Notes: generated by a model not told the origin, from the letters alone. DNA of 64,000 nucleotides from Isurus oxyrinchus (GCA_026770705.1 JANJGN010000119.1:930001-994000); one strand, 5' to 3'. Shown: positions 13,498 through 25,515, counted from the first letter of the stretch. Made by a program: numbers and translations.

Positions 13498-16476
13498 ACC
13501 TATGCCCTTAAGAAAAATTAAACACTATTTCAAAAATTCGTTTAATCACTGGGCATGTGCCACATGGAAAAGAAAACACGATACTTATTCCATTTAGCCA
13601 CCAGCCCCACACCCGACCCACCAGTTCTACACCCACCCCCCCCACCCCCACCCCCACCCCCGCCCACCGCCCCCAGATCACATTATCCAGTCTTATAAAA
13701 TCTTCTGCTTCTCTTACCTCTTTAACTTATTTTAGGAGTTTAATTTAAAGCCGGGACAACCCATGTGCATACACATTGTTTTTGCTGGATATGTGATCCT
13801 TTTAACGTTGGAAATAATAAACTCCTCCAAAAAAGTCTCACATTTCAAGCTTCAAACGTTTCAATGAACTCCAGTAGGATCTGGTAAATATAATTTAGTT
13901 TTTTTCGCCATCGTGTCAGGCATAAACTTCGAAATGTTGAAGAGATGTAAACAATGCTACAATTGTTCATCCACTGTCATGTACTTTATCTGATAATGAT
14001 TTAGATTCTTTAAAAGTACCCGACCAGCCTATCTATCCTCATTTTATCATTTTGCAGGAGGACTGCTCATACCACCGAGTCATTAGCATGAACTGCCATT
14101 TTGAAAGTGTTGTTAAAGTCAGGAGTAGCCAACACTTGTTAATTTATTAACTTCCGATAAAACCCACACACTCAATAAACTCTCATGATTTTTGCATTAT
14201 TTTCAAGAATGGGTTTTCTTACTAGTGAGTTCACTTATACTGATTGACGTGTTCTCTTCCTACGGTGTGACTTATGTAAGTTACTCATGCTTTTGCAAAC
14301 TCACTATTGGCCAGATTTATTACAAAGCCATAAAACTGCAATTGCTTAAACAGGTGCACTAACTGCTTAACATGTTCCTGTCAGACATTCTAGGAAAATT
14401 GAAACATAATCCAAAATGTTGGACTCATATTTCTACTTCAGGAAAGTTTCATTTACCTCTTTTTAATTAAACTCTTATTTCAAGATTATAGAGCCATTTG
14501 AGTGGACTAAATCCAATAGACACATTTCGATAATAATTTGCAGCAAATAGTAAGAAAGCCAATCTTTTGTCCGAAACTTTAGTTATTAAGGGCAATCGAT
14601 CATATTCATGGTTTTGAGAGCCAGATGATATCGATCTAAACCTCCCTGTGTTTTTTCATGCTCATATTAGGCGGTAGAGTTTAGTTGCCTGATAAACAAA
14701 AAGCTCAATGAAAAATTTTAGACATGAAGTTAGAGCCTTGGTCAGGTTGTATTTCAATTCGTAGGCCACAATGAGGGAAATACTGAGTTAAGCTATCCAA
14801 TTCCACCTTAGCTGAAATTGTTCTTAAAGGAATAACTTCTGGAAATCTGGTTGTCATTTTAATAATTGTAAGGAAATGCTGATGCTCTGCTTTCCTTTTG
14901 GATAGTGGTGTTACACAATCTATTAATAACCAACTGAAAGTTTCTTCAAAAGCTAGTATGGGTATTAAATGGTAAACGTGATTACATTTGGTGTTTACCT
15001 TCTAACTGAAATTTAGACACCATTTACAAAATTGCTATATGTCCTTATGAAGTCTTGACCAGGTAAAAGTTGTTTGCCAATGCTTAGGTTTTCTCTCTTC
15101 CTAAATGTCCTGCCGTAGGAATTTCATGTGATACTCAAAATAACTCCCTATGCAATTTGGGCAGTAACACCATCTGATGAATAGCAGTACATTCCTCATC
15201 TGAAAGCCTATGACGGTGCCTCAAATCCCTCAGCAAATCTCAATTTTTAATGGAACAGCACTCCAGAAATACATCCACCTCAGCTTCAGTGTGAGTGAAT
15301 GTGGTAACCTGCTTAAATTTTGGACCTGTTTTCTGAACCTCAATTAATAGAGTCATTCAAAATACTTCCTTTGATTTATGCTCAACCTTCACATAAAGTC
15401 TCTACCACTCGATAATCTGTTCATGGTATGACTTTAACAACTGATGATAGGCTTTATTAAGCCATTGTCCTGGTCATCTCGCAGGATGGAAACACTGCAG
15501 GATCTTTTTTTTATATATATATAACTGCTCCATCGCTTTAACCTCCCTTGGGCATTCTGCAATTACGGGCAAAGATATAACCTTTGCTCCACATGATTCT
15601 CCAGGAGAAAATCAACTCCATTCACAGATAATTTCTTCACCAAGCCTAGCATAGCTGATGCAGAAAACAAATCAAAATCAATATGCCCTTTGTAAAATGG
15701 AACTGGGATGCACTCTGCACTTATAGGAATAATGAATAGCTTATCTGTCTCTTGGAAAAACTAGGTCATTCTTCTGCAAATGAGTTTGAGTAGCTCCTGT
15801 CTCCGTTAAAATAGCTATGCGTTCAGGTGCATTGTTTGATGAAAAAAGGCTTGCCTTTCCTTTGGACAAAACTCTTTATATCTCATTTCTAAATTATTCA
15901 CTTCAACTGCATTCACGGAAATGTTTAACTCCGGTGCCTTATTTGCAGTTAAGGTTACAATTTTATCAATGGCATTTTATTTTGAGTTCCCTTTTCGGAC
16001 TCACTCTTACAGACTCGAACCAGTCCCATTGGCTTCCCCAGCTACTTCCAGCATTATGAACTAATGTGTTCCATTTTATTACGTTGAAAACACTTTGGAC
16101 ACCCAGTTTCAACTCCGCACTCAGTACCTTATTTCCTGATCTGAGGAGGAGATCACAAGTTATCCCCATATATCCTTTCTCTACCCTGGCTACATGTCCT
16201 CCCTTCACTGCCTCACTTTCTATCCTTCTCAGATTCATTGAGGTGGTAGAAAATAATGTTTAGTTTTCATGGATAAGTTCATTATCGTTATCCATTATTA
16301 GTTCCGTCTTACAGTTGCAACCATGTGGTCTTCTTATTATATGGGGTATTAATGCACGAGGTAGAGATTTTTTTTAATTCTTCCAAGAGACTGACATCTC
16401 AGAGGATTTTATAGATAATTTAAAATTGAACTGGTTGCATTCATCTTCCAAACCTACTTTGTATAACATTTCAAGA

Positions 16477-16827
16477 GGGGAGGCGATGGCATAGTGTTAT
16501 TGTCGCTAGACGAATAATCACTAGAGTGTGGATGATGAACTCCAGGCTGAGGACTGAATCCCGCCACAACAGATCATGGAATTTGAATTGAGCAAAAGTC
16601 CGCAATTAAAAGTCCAGTGATGCGTATGGAACCATTGTGGACTGTGGAAAAATAAAATAAGCTGGTTCAACGTTGTAATTTAGGGGTAATAAATCTGTTG
16701 TCGTTACCTTGTCTGACCTGCATATGACTGCAGGTCAGAGCCAGGAGGTTGGCTCTAAAAATGGGCAATGAGGGGTGGACAATAAATGCCTGCCTGTTTT
16801 TTGGCGCCCACATTCAATAAAATAAAG
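16477..16827 (+). mobile_element. tRNA-derived SINE with CR1-type 3' tail, inserted in Gmr1 gag
   Basis: gggaggcgatggcatagtg A-box head, B-box-like gaatcccgccac, tail gggcaatgaggggtggacaataaatgc...cacattcaataaa. Confidence 0.75.
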
Positions 16828-17608
16828 CTTTCCTGAAATTTTGAAACTGTTGTCTGCATGCTTCAGGGGCCAATTCATATGCACTCAAAATTAACCATGA
16901 TCCCTAGAAACCTCATCTGACCATGAGGCATGCATTTCCTTGACTCTACCTGTCAATTAATTCTGCATGGGCAATGTCCAATTTTTCTTCAGCTTTTCAA
17001 ATGTTCTGGAGTTTTCTCAAATAAAAGAAAGAATGATTCAACATCCCTTCCCAAAACCTTGGAAGAGCTGGTACACATTTAAACATCTTCCCACTGGATG
17101 TTGTTTTTGCTTTTCTCTTGTTCTTCCTTTTCAATCCTCACCATTTATAATTCCCGCCAGAGACCAAATCTTCATATTCCCATTTTTATTTTCCTTCTCC
17201 CCGCTGCTGTTCCCTTTGAAATGCCGTTCTCCTCTTTTTTGTGCTACGTGCAGTTCCAATGTTTGTTTCTTTATCCAATTGCATTTTGAGCCCATTCAAA
17301 TGAATTAGCCCTTGGAGAGCTCGATGACTCATGTACTCCTCCCAGTTTTAAATACTGTGATATCCCTTCGATTATCTCTGCCTCGCTTTCGTTTTCAGTC
17401 AATGCAACTCTTAATTTGCTTGCAAATTTGTTTAACCAGGTTTTTGGGATCTCTTGTGAAATCGTCTGGAGCACATCTTCGAATTGCGGGAAAGCTTGAG
17501 CATTTTCCAGTGCCACCTTTTATTGACAGCACAAGCCTGGCCTTTCCTTTGAGCTACAATTACTTCCATGTTATAGACTCAAAACCTTATTGTCCTTTGT
17601 TCCAAATT

Positions 17609-17627
17609 ATCCCAGGAAGAGCCCCCA
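17609..17627 (-). promoter_or_regulatory. tRNA-Pro primer binding site, element 2
   Basis: Minus strand TGGGGGCTCTTCCTGGGAT. Confidence 0.8.
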
Positions 17628-17629
17628 AG

Positions 17630-18525
17630 CTTCAGCATGACTCAGTGGGGTTGGTGTACTGCAATATCAAGCACCACCTCTCCCGAACCACAACAAATGT
17701 GGATAATTTGATCAAGCAACGTAATTGGTTAACTAAGATTATCTAAATAGGACTACCAGGATTGTACACTTATAAATTCACTAACAGATTATTGAACGAA
17801 TTGTCTTGAACCAGTGACAAAAAAAAAGAAATATGAACTGCTAATTTCTGACTCTATAACGTAAACGCTACCCTTTCTATTTCCCTATACACACACACAT
17901 ACAAGGCACATAAGGCAAACAAAAACACGAATATTAAGGGTCGGATAAAATTGTTCTAAAGCACCAGTTGCTTAGTATACGATTCGAAGTGTTGAGTTTC
18001 ATTGATGACTTCCAAATTCCTTTCAGTTGTATGCTTATGACACGATGTGGCCTCTTCCACAATTTAAATCTTTATGTCATTCGCTGATCACCAGTTTTTC
18101 GATGCCTCTAACGGTGCTTTCCCCCTTTCACGCTTGACAGGTGTTTTTCGGGGAGAGAGCAAGATATGGAGATATGAGGGAGGAAAGCAATTAGGTATTA
18201 CTGAATAATCATTGGAATCTTACACGCACAGCATAAAAATAGGTTTTAGGTATTTTCCTTTTCATGCCAGGTGTTTATATTTTAATACTGTACTGCTCTC
18301 ACAAAAGAGAAAAAGCGCTGTTCACACGTTCAGGTGTGGCCAAGCAATTCTCCGTTAGGACAGACTCCTCCTCAAACTACGCTGTCTTTCATGGCAAAGT
18401 GTTACAGGACAGCACATTTGCATAACAGCCCTCACACTGTTCCAGTAGCCATGAATTTCGAAGTGCATCCATTGTAATGTTAATCCATAATCAAACAGGA
18501 ATAAAAGTAAATGGTGTTTAATAAT
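17630..18525 (-). repeat. 5' LTR of Gmr1 element 2
   Basis: Paralogous to 12627-13497, preceded on the plus strand by the PBS. Confidence 0.8.
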
Positions 18526-18529
18526 TAAC

Positions 18530-19303
18530 TACCACATTTACAGATCAATACACATTAACACGTAGGCCTTTAAGTTATTGTGCCTTCCGTAGAGTTATGC
18601 ATTAAGTATGTAATTCATTTTCCTATACTTTCTTATAAAATGCAAAGCCTCAAATGTATATATATTAAATTCGGACTGCCAATCATCTTCCCATTCTGCA
18701 AAACAATTGCTGCCCTGCTGTAATCGATTAGTAATATACCAAATCTTTCCCAAACTTCCAAATTGCCTATCATTTGAAAATTATGAAATTTCCAGTTCTC
18801 TTTTTTTTAAAGTTTTATTATGGTTTCTAAATCCAAACCCACTGCCAATGTTAATTGCGGCCAATTGTCAGAACTAGGATGCTCCCGACACCCTCCACTA
18901 AACTTGTTATCACTTCTCATGCTTTGTGTTAGCTGTACACTAATGGAGGCATCAGGCCTTGACAGGTCCAGGTAGACTTCAGATGCGAAAATGTGAAACG
19001 AACGTTTCAGCCTCAGGCAGTTGCCTGGAAGAAGTTTGGAGTCAACAGCCACTGATGAATGAATTTAGAGAGAATGATTCCAATTCACGAAGAAACTGAA
19101 AGTGGCTATGTTGGCTGTGAGCGTGGGTGATTGATCTGGGGGGTGGGAGGACAAGGCGGGTACGTTGCGGGTGGGGGGGCGTGGTTATTAGGCTAGGGGT
19201 TCTGCTGCTTTGAGGCCTGCACTGTATTCTGCTGTAAAACAGTTGATGAAACTACGAGTGCAAATGTTACATTAATGGATTACGAACAGCAGACACCAAG
19301 CTG
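18530..19303 (-). mobile_element. Foamy-virus-like env copy E, part 1 (leader peptide and SU)
   Basis: AWCLLFV..YSRIQC vs foamy AWCMFIC..ISRIQW; SEVYLDLSRP vs SDVMIDFEIP; DNWPQLTL vs KPWPKEGL; LKKRELEIS*FS vs LKKRALPKDWSS; FAEWEDD vs FSLWEGD. Confidence 0.75.
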
Positions 19304-20299
19304 ACTGCTCTCAGGTCCTTGCTTTCATACTCATTTGCATGAGAGATGTAACTGAATATTTCACCACCTTTCTTAACTGTCCTCTGAATTTGGACTGTGT
19401 AACTGCAGAAATAATTGTGTTTATGCAGCAACTTATATTCCGCAGCATACATCCAACAGTTTTAAATATTTCTGAAGAATCACTGTAATGGCTGTAAAAT
19501 ATGCCTGAAATACTATGATACAGGAATTCTATTAATAACGTGAACCGCAGAAGAATGAAGCTTCCACCCAAGCTGAAGATTAGAACCACAGATTTGATTC
19601 TGCTTACCATCTCAGGGTCATTGCAATTCTTTCCCTGAACCCTCAGCCCCTTAGTGACTCGACTGGACACTATAACGTGTCTGACTGTCAGAACATTGAG
19701 GAATAGAATTAAAGCAAATGGCAACAATGGCTGAATATTGTATCAATCCAGACAAAGCTCATTCAGGTTCAGTGTAATAGCTTTTCTTCAAACGACAGAA
19801 CCATGATAAATCTTCGATAAACTCCCCATGTCCAAACGTAAAGTAGACAGGAATCTTTTTGAAACAGAACAGGATGGTTGTCGTTACTAACACCACCACC
19901 GCATTTTTCTCAGTGCAGTATTTATTTTTCAGCCTCTGGCAACAAATGGTCAAAAATCGATCAAAGGTGAAAGTCACGGTGAATCAGACGGAAAGATCTG
20001 CTGCAGCACACATCAGGCCATATGTTCTGGAACACACAGGTGTGATGTCATGAAAAGATACTGGAAAACAATATCGTTTGATCTGATATAGTATGCCTTC
20101 AGTGATAAGGAGTAGTACATCCACCGCTGCCATTGCTTCCAGGTAGCGAGTGGTGCATGTTGAGTGAGGATCAGAAACAGCACTAATTTACAGTGAAAGA
20201 GAGAAGGGAAAAAGGCTAGTAATTATTTACCTAACCTTCTCCGTGGCTAAGGCATGGCTATAAAACCTTGAGTTTAACATTAAAAAGGAGGGAGTGTAG

Positions 20300-20980
20300 A
20301 AAAAGAGTGTGGACTCAGGCAGAGTCAGAAGCTAGAATATCATATTCTCAAACTCTACAGCGACATTTCCACTTAATGTTCTCACAGATCCCTGTCTGGA
20401 AAGTTTATGCCAGGTATTATCATCTGATCCCAAACTTATCATACATATACAGTGCATGTCATTGCGACCACAAGCTAGAGACTGAGGCAGTAATTGAAAG
20501 CTGCTCCACTGAGGCAGGTCATCAGTACAAACTTGTACATCGCACGCCACTTGTGCTAGGGACCAGGCGTCCACTATGGGCTGGAACTGTATACATCTCC
20601 TGTAGGAAGAGTGGGCAAAGCCAAAACAGGATTATTGATTATACGACTGCAGAACTTGACGATGCCACCTTGCGTAGGCATGTACATAATTTGCAGCTAC
20701 TCTCCCCTTTCGATGTCGGATTTCAAACAGTGGGACACGGTCTCGGAGAAACACACTGGTGTTCGGAACTGATAACACCCACGATTGGACAGTAGCCTAT
20801 CTCGGGTCGAGGTTCGGAACCTCTCGGAATTGGCATGGCCCCATGCCTCCGTTCAACATTTTTCAGAGCCAACAGGCCCTGGCGCTGGTTGCAGAATACT
20901 TCCCACCCAGAGCTCGATCTGTTAGTTTTGCTGAGATTTCATCAGGAAAAGTTTCAAGGGCAGACAAATAACTCTGAATA
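20300..20980 (-). mobile_element. Possible foamy-like integrase C-terminus followed by env leader peptide
   Basis: GWEVF..LLALKNV vs KWYDL..QLALNNT; YCPIVG vs WSPVVG; then polypyrimidine acceptor cttcctacag|GAG ATG and KWRAMYKFVLMTCL vs RRDKFRYLLYTCC; weak. Confidence 0.3.
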
Positions 20981-21104
20981 GTTAAATTTACCCTTAATAT
21001 AAAGACACCAAAACTTTCCGTCTGAAACACAAAAGTCTATGTAAGGGACTTTCCTAATATTCTTGCCAAAGCATTTGAGAAAGAATGTACTTAAACATCT
21101 GCAA

Positions 21105-21300
21105 TTGTGATAAAATAACAAGAGCAGAAAATGTGATGACACATAAAATGCCATACATCATCTGTGGAAGGAATGAAACAGAGTAAATGTTTCAAGGTTT
21201 TAACTTTTCATCAGAAAAGGATGCGATTAGTCATAGAAAGGCTTGAAAAGAATTATAGACCCAGAGGGCAGTGGGACGGGAGGGAGGTGGAGGAACAATT
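21105..21300. mobile_element. Penelope-derived terminal repeat fragment
   Basis: gcagaaaatg..catctgtggaaggaatgaaacagagtaaatgtttcaagg..ttcatcagaa motif, also at about 42710-42800 and 49650-49750. Confidence 0.55.
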
Positions 21301-21499
21301 AAAGGGAAACAACAATTTGGAAGCGACCAACAGAAAATCTTTCCAGGGAGATAAATTTAGTGTGGTCCGGGAATGTAAATGATGAAGGGGAAGCGGGATA
21401 AACCCTTGATGCTCGCACATTCCCGTTGGCCCTGGACCGAGAGGGAAATCCCGGAAGCATTTGCAAACTCCAGTGCATTTGATGAAACAAAAATTCATT

Positions 21500-22480
21500 T
21501 CCCCTACATTCTCTTTGGAAATGATGATTAATTCTGCAAAGATTTAAAATACTGTTCAGCATGCAATAAAATGACTAAGCAAAAAACCTCGCTGTTGTTC
21601 CTCATTACACCAAAGAATGGAAATGCCTAGCCCGTCCAGTCAGATTGGAATCAGGAAAGATTATCAAACTGGAATGCCACCAAAAGCTGAAAGTCACAAT
21701 AGTGGGTAGGCAAGGTGTGTTCAGCAAAGCATTCAGTCAATATGCTTTTATTCATGTCCATTGTACCGCATCATGGAGCATGAGTTATTATACACAAAAT
21801 AAAGGGCGAGTAAATTTCTGCATCCCCTAACAGGATGTGGGGAGATCTGGTCAGTGGTGAGTATGGAGGTGAAAGGAGAGGTGTTCCATCTTCTATGCCT
21901 CTATAGTAAGGTGCTGAGAAAATAATTGAAGGATGGGATTATTTAAAATGGATCAGCCTGTCGCGAGGTTTTGAATTTTATAGGATATGAGCAGATGATA
22001 ATTTTGCTGGTGGTCTCAGGGGGAGGTGACTGCAAGATGACAGCACTGGAGAAGGTGCAATGGAAAATGAGGACATGGTGAGCCTTGACATTGTTCTGGA
22101 AAGATTTGCTGAAAGCAATAGCCCAGGAATAGCGATGAACTCATTCGACATCCTGAAAACAACTGTGAAAGGGAATCCTTCGGTGAGTGTAAATAAAAGC
22201 ATTTGAGATGGACTGGACTGGCAGGTCATATCATCGGCACAAATGTAACAGCACAGGAGAAATTGAAGGAAACAAACTAAGTCTTCACAGGCGAAATGGT
22301 AGGGGGATACATAATTGAAGAATCAGTTATATTTGGTTCGGATTACAATAGATATAATTTGACAGATAATCTCCATTAATTAAATCGAGTTCAGAAATTA
22401 AAATGCCAGTGATGGAATTTTTGAAGATGAAGCAGGACTGTAAGGTAAAAGCAAAGTTGAGTATGTTCGCCAGTGCAGAA
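21500..22480 (-). mobile_element. Foamy-virus-like env copy C (TM ectodomain to anchor)
   Basis: FPFTVV then CRMSSSLFLGYCFQQIFPEQC vs HPYEII..CVETIYLHLEDCTRQDYVIC (C-x5-L-x-L-x2-C-x2-Q spacing kept); F*FLNSI*LM vs DWTYMSSTWLQ; SPHIL vs LPHLV. Confidence 0.6.
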
Positions 22481-22539
22481 ATAACATAGGCGAGTGACCA
22501 AACAACCTACTAATTTTCCAGGGAATAAAATGAAATCAT

Positions 22540-23130
22540 GAATGTGAAGACTTGTGTATGATTGGGAGGTAAGATTTCCACACAGATTTCAGGAAAGCGC
22601 AGGGCAGCAATAAACTCCAGGGATTCCCACATCTTCATCCGTCGAGTGTGCAGATGTGTCACTGTTCACACCCGAAGTTCACACATTTGGAATTTGCAGC
22701 AGGATCACTGCGCAGGGATCAGAATCAGCAACATGCATTCGGATTTATTCTCAGCCCTACAATAATGAAAGAGAAAAATTAAAATTAGTCAATGACTGTA
22801 AGTTGATAATAACTTCCACGTGAGTCATTTGGAGCAGGCAGACACAGGATAGCTATGGGAAAGTGTCAGGCCAAGGACTACAGCTTTTGGTCAAATATAT
22901 TCCCGTCCGAGGTTAGCTTGAGGAATGTCAGCTTTTGAATATTTACCCGAAAATCTGGCAGACTGTTCAGTGAACTAGCTTCTGGGCTCAGCACCTATCT
23001 CGTAGTTAAGAAGGTAAGGCACAGTGTGGGGAATGAAGTCGATGAATGAACGAATGAATCACGATTCAGAAACTGTGCAAGGGAAAGAGGGACGCTTGGA
23101 AAGAATTCAGCAGTTCATAATATTCTATCA
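22540..23130 (-). mobile_element. Foamy-like env C-terminal fragment B plus downstream Cys-rich segment
   Basis: IPHTV..SKAD/FLKLTSDGN..QKL*SLA vs LPHLV..AKAELLRLDIHEGD..QQLAAA; LILIFLFHYCR anchor; paralogous to 23500-24090. Confidence 0.5.
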
Positions 23131-23184
23131 AGTAGCCTCACAATTTGTTGGTATTATAAATCTTGTCTTCAGCAGTGTAATTTT

Positions 23185-23362
23185 CTTTTCTGCTTCATTT
23201 GTAGGCTTTTTGGCTGGGGCAGCATTTATTGCCCATGCCTATTTGCCCTTGAGAAGGTGGCGGTGTGCTGCATTCTTGACACGACGCAGTCTCTGTGGTG
23301 CAGGTACTCCCGTTGTGCTATTAGGGAGGGAATTCCAGGATTTAACCCAAGGACAGTGAAGT
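23185..23362 (-). mobile_element. CR1-type LINE 3' tail
   Basis: cagcatttattgcccatgcctatttgcccttgagaaggtggcggtg..gtgctattagggagggaattccagg, same family as 56515-56850. Confidence 0.75.
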
Positions 23363-23499
23363 TGAGTTAAGAAAGTCAAATGCCCTTGATAGACTTATTG
23401 AAGGCAAGGCAGGAACGTAAATTAGAAAGAAAATTGGTTAACCTATCCAAGTGCTGCGTTAAACTGCCCCAACAAATTATCAATTTGCCAGGGGAAAGA

Positions 23500-24090
23500 A
23501 ATGAATGCGGGAACCTTGGCAGGATTGGAAGAACAGGCTTCTACACATTTCTCATGGAACCACAAGAGAGCAATGACCTATACGTGTTCCCGCATCTTCA
23601 TCCTTCGAGTATGAGAATGTGTCAGTGTCTGTACCCGAATTCACACGTTTGCACTTTGCAGCAGGGACACTGAGCCGGAATCAGATTCAGGGGCATGCAA
23701 TGAAACTTATTCCCAGCCCTGCAGTGATGAAAGATAAATGAGGTTCCATAAAACTGTTCAATGACTGGAACTGGGATAATAACTTCCAAATGAGTCCTCT
23801 TCCATATAACAAGTGGGCCTGGAGGAGAGAAATTGTCCAGGCAGCTGAATGGAGCAGTGTGGTAGGTAAGGCTTGTCAGCTTTTGTATGAGCAGGATGAT
23901 TATATATGCACGAAATTGGGCAGACATACATCTGCTGGAACTTCTACTCTTGCAGCACCTGTTTCAGAATGACCACGGTTAGGCACAGTTTCAGGAAAGC
24001 ATGGGATGACTGAAGCAATTGCTTACTGTTCAGAACCTGTGGAAGGGAGATAGACATGTAATAGGAAAAAAAAAAACAGCAATAATAATT
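23500..24090 (-). mobile_element. Foamy-like env C-terminal fragment (copy A 3' part) plus Cys-rich segment
   Basis: Direct paralogue of 22540-23130 (gataataacttcca, catcttcatcc, ttcacac.tttg, aggcacagt); RVEV and LIQKLTSLT motifs. Confidence 0.5.
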
Positions 24091-24599
24091 CAGGAAGAAA
24101 ACTCAGAAAATGTTCATTGTCTGAGTATCATAAACTTAATTTAATCAGTATTAAATCCTGAAAGACAACTCGGAAGATTTACTTGCCTGGATTTGTTAGA
24201 AGAGGGAACTGAGTACAATTTTAGTTCTCATGGAAATTATGTTAGATGCAATTACGTGACAAGAAGGTGTAAGCATGAGGAATAAAACCCTACAGAACTA
24301 GGTCCGTGGATTGAGTTAGAGAGTCGTGAGATGTGACTTAGTTGTGGGTAGAGCAGAACCTGAGACACGAATTTGTACCATACAGTCAGTTTCAGAGCTA
24401 AACTAATTTTCTATAACTCGAGGGTCAATTAATCAGTGTTGTCAGTGTTCTATTTATAATGTTACAGGCATTGAAGTTATTATTATTATTATTGCAACAG
24501 TGCGCAATATATTGCACTACTGGCAGTTTAGTGAAGCCATTATTTAATGGCAGGGACTGATCCTTGTCTACTGAAAACACAGTAAGTATATTCTTTATT

Positions 24600-25230
24600 C
24601 AACTGTATCAATTCTCGCTGGGAGACACGCCGCTGATCTATGGGTTGTTATCGTTGCAGGTTGCACGTTTAGAGAGCATGAATCACAAGCAAGAAGTAAA
24701 TTGTCACACCTTATTCAGATGAAGAGGTAGAATAGTCCAGAATATTCCATATCGACAGCAAACTGCTCATGTGGAGTAACAGCAGGACACCAAAACAAAG
24801 TTGGTGACCTATCAATTCTTAGGGCAGTGTTGAGTAATTGGTTTAATCATCATAAAGTCATTGTTTTCATAGTACACAGAAAGGCAATCAATCATTGTAC
24901 AGGCTGTTGAACACAGGAAAAATACTGCCATATTGTGTACCCGTCATTAAGCACTTCTCACCTCTTTGTTCTCTTCTGATTCAGTAGCAGACATCGATTT
25001 CAAATTATTTCACTTTATATACCTTGTGCCAAATATTTCCGAGCAAAACTTTGGCAATCAATTGCAACCGATACGATCCAGTGAAATTGTACCATGACAG
25101 AACATTCCTGGAATACATTTTCCCAGAAATACGTCCCCGAGTGTCCCGAGTCAGTTACATGCAACATGTCACTAAGTGCATAAAAACGCCACTAATTCAG
25201 ACACCATGGGAAGGCTCCTTCAGTAGAACT
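24600..25230 (-). mobile_element. Foamy-virus-like env copy A (SU/TM junction)
   Basis: ENVFQECSVMVQFHWIVSV vs YSLYQECKLASKAYGIDTV; furin site QKRTKR at about 24960-24980 then LNDGY..PVQ*L vs VDNNY..AVQTL; IFWTIL vs IDWTYM. Confidence 0.65.
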
Positions 25231-25509
25231 GATTGAAAAAGAGAAATATCTAAATCTAGATATGTTACATTGCACAGAAGATCAGGGTTTGATTATATTT
25301 GGCACACAAAAAACAGAGGCCAGCTCACAGATATGTTCCCACAACATCAATGGTTTTAGTAACTTACCAGGAACACCAATGATGGCAACGATAATGTAGT
25401 ACATTTTAAGAATAATGTCAATTGGTCTATGTATTTTGCCTCGAAAGGAAACGTCATTTCGCTCTGCAAGACCTCACTATCTGTGAATGTAAATTCCCAC
25501 AACCATTAA

Positions 25510-25515
25510 TTTATA
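25510..25515 (-). promoter_or_regulatory. Candidate TATA box of GPCR pseudogene 1
   Basis: GGTATAAATT about 80 nt upstream of the mutated start codon. Confidence 0.4.

Larger units (their letters stand above)
12627..18525 (-). mobile_element. Gmr1-type Gypsy LTR retrotransposon 2, internally deleted
   Basis: LTR pair about 12627-13497 and 17630-18525; gag start MALENAQAF (17516); integrase at about 14700-15250 upstream of an RT fragment at about 14100-14400. Confidence 0.85.
19311..25434 (-). pseudogene. GPR139-like class A GPCR pseudogene 1 (exon 1 25368-25434, exon 2 19311-20190)
   Basis: Exon 1 (I)HRPIDIILKMYYIIVAIIGVP|gtaagt with ATG>ATA; exon 2 TTRYLEAMAAVD..SV*FTVTFTFDRFLTICCQRLKNKYCTEK..DPEMVSRIKS..VTQSKFR; acceptor AG>TG, in-frame stop and frameshifts. 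Confidence 0.9.

Noticed and set aside
20268-20795. 175-aa plus-strand ORF
   Set aside because: No recognisable domain, non-ATG start, and antisense to the retroviral-like segment; likely a shadow ORF
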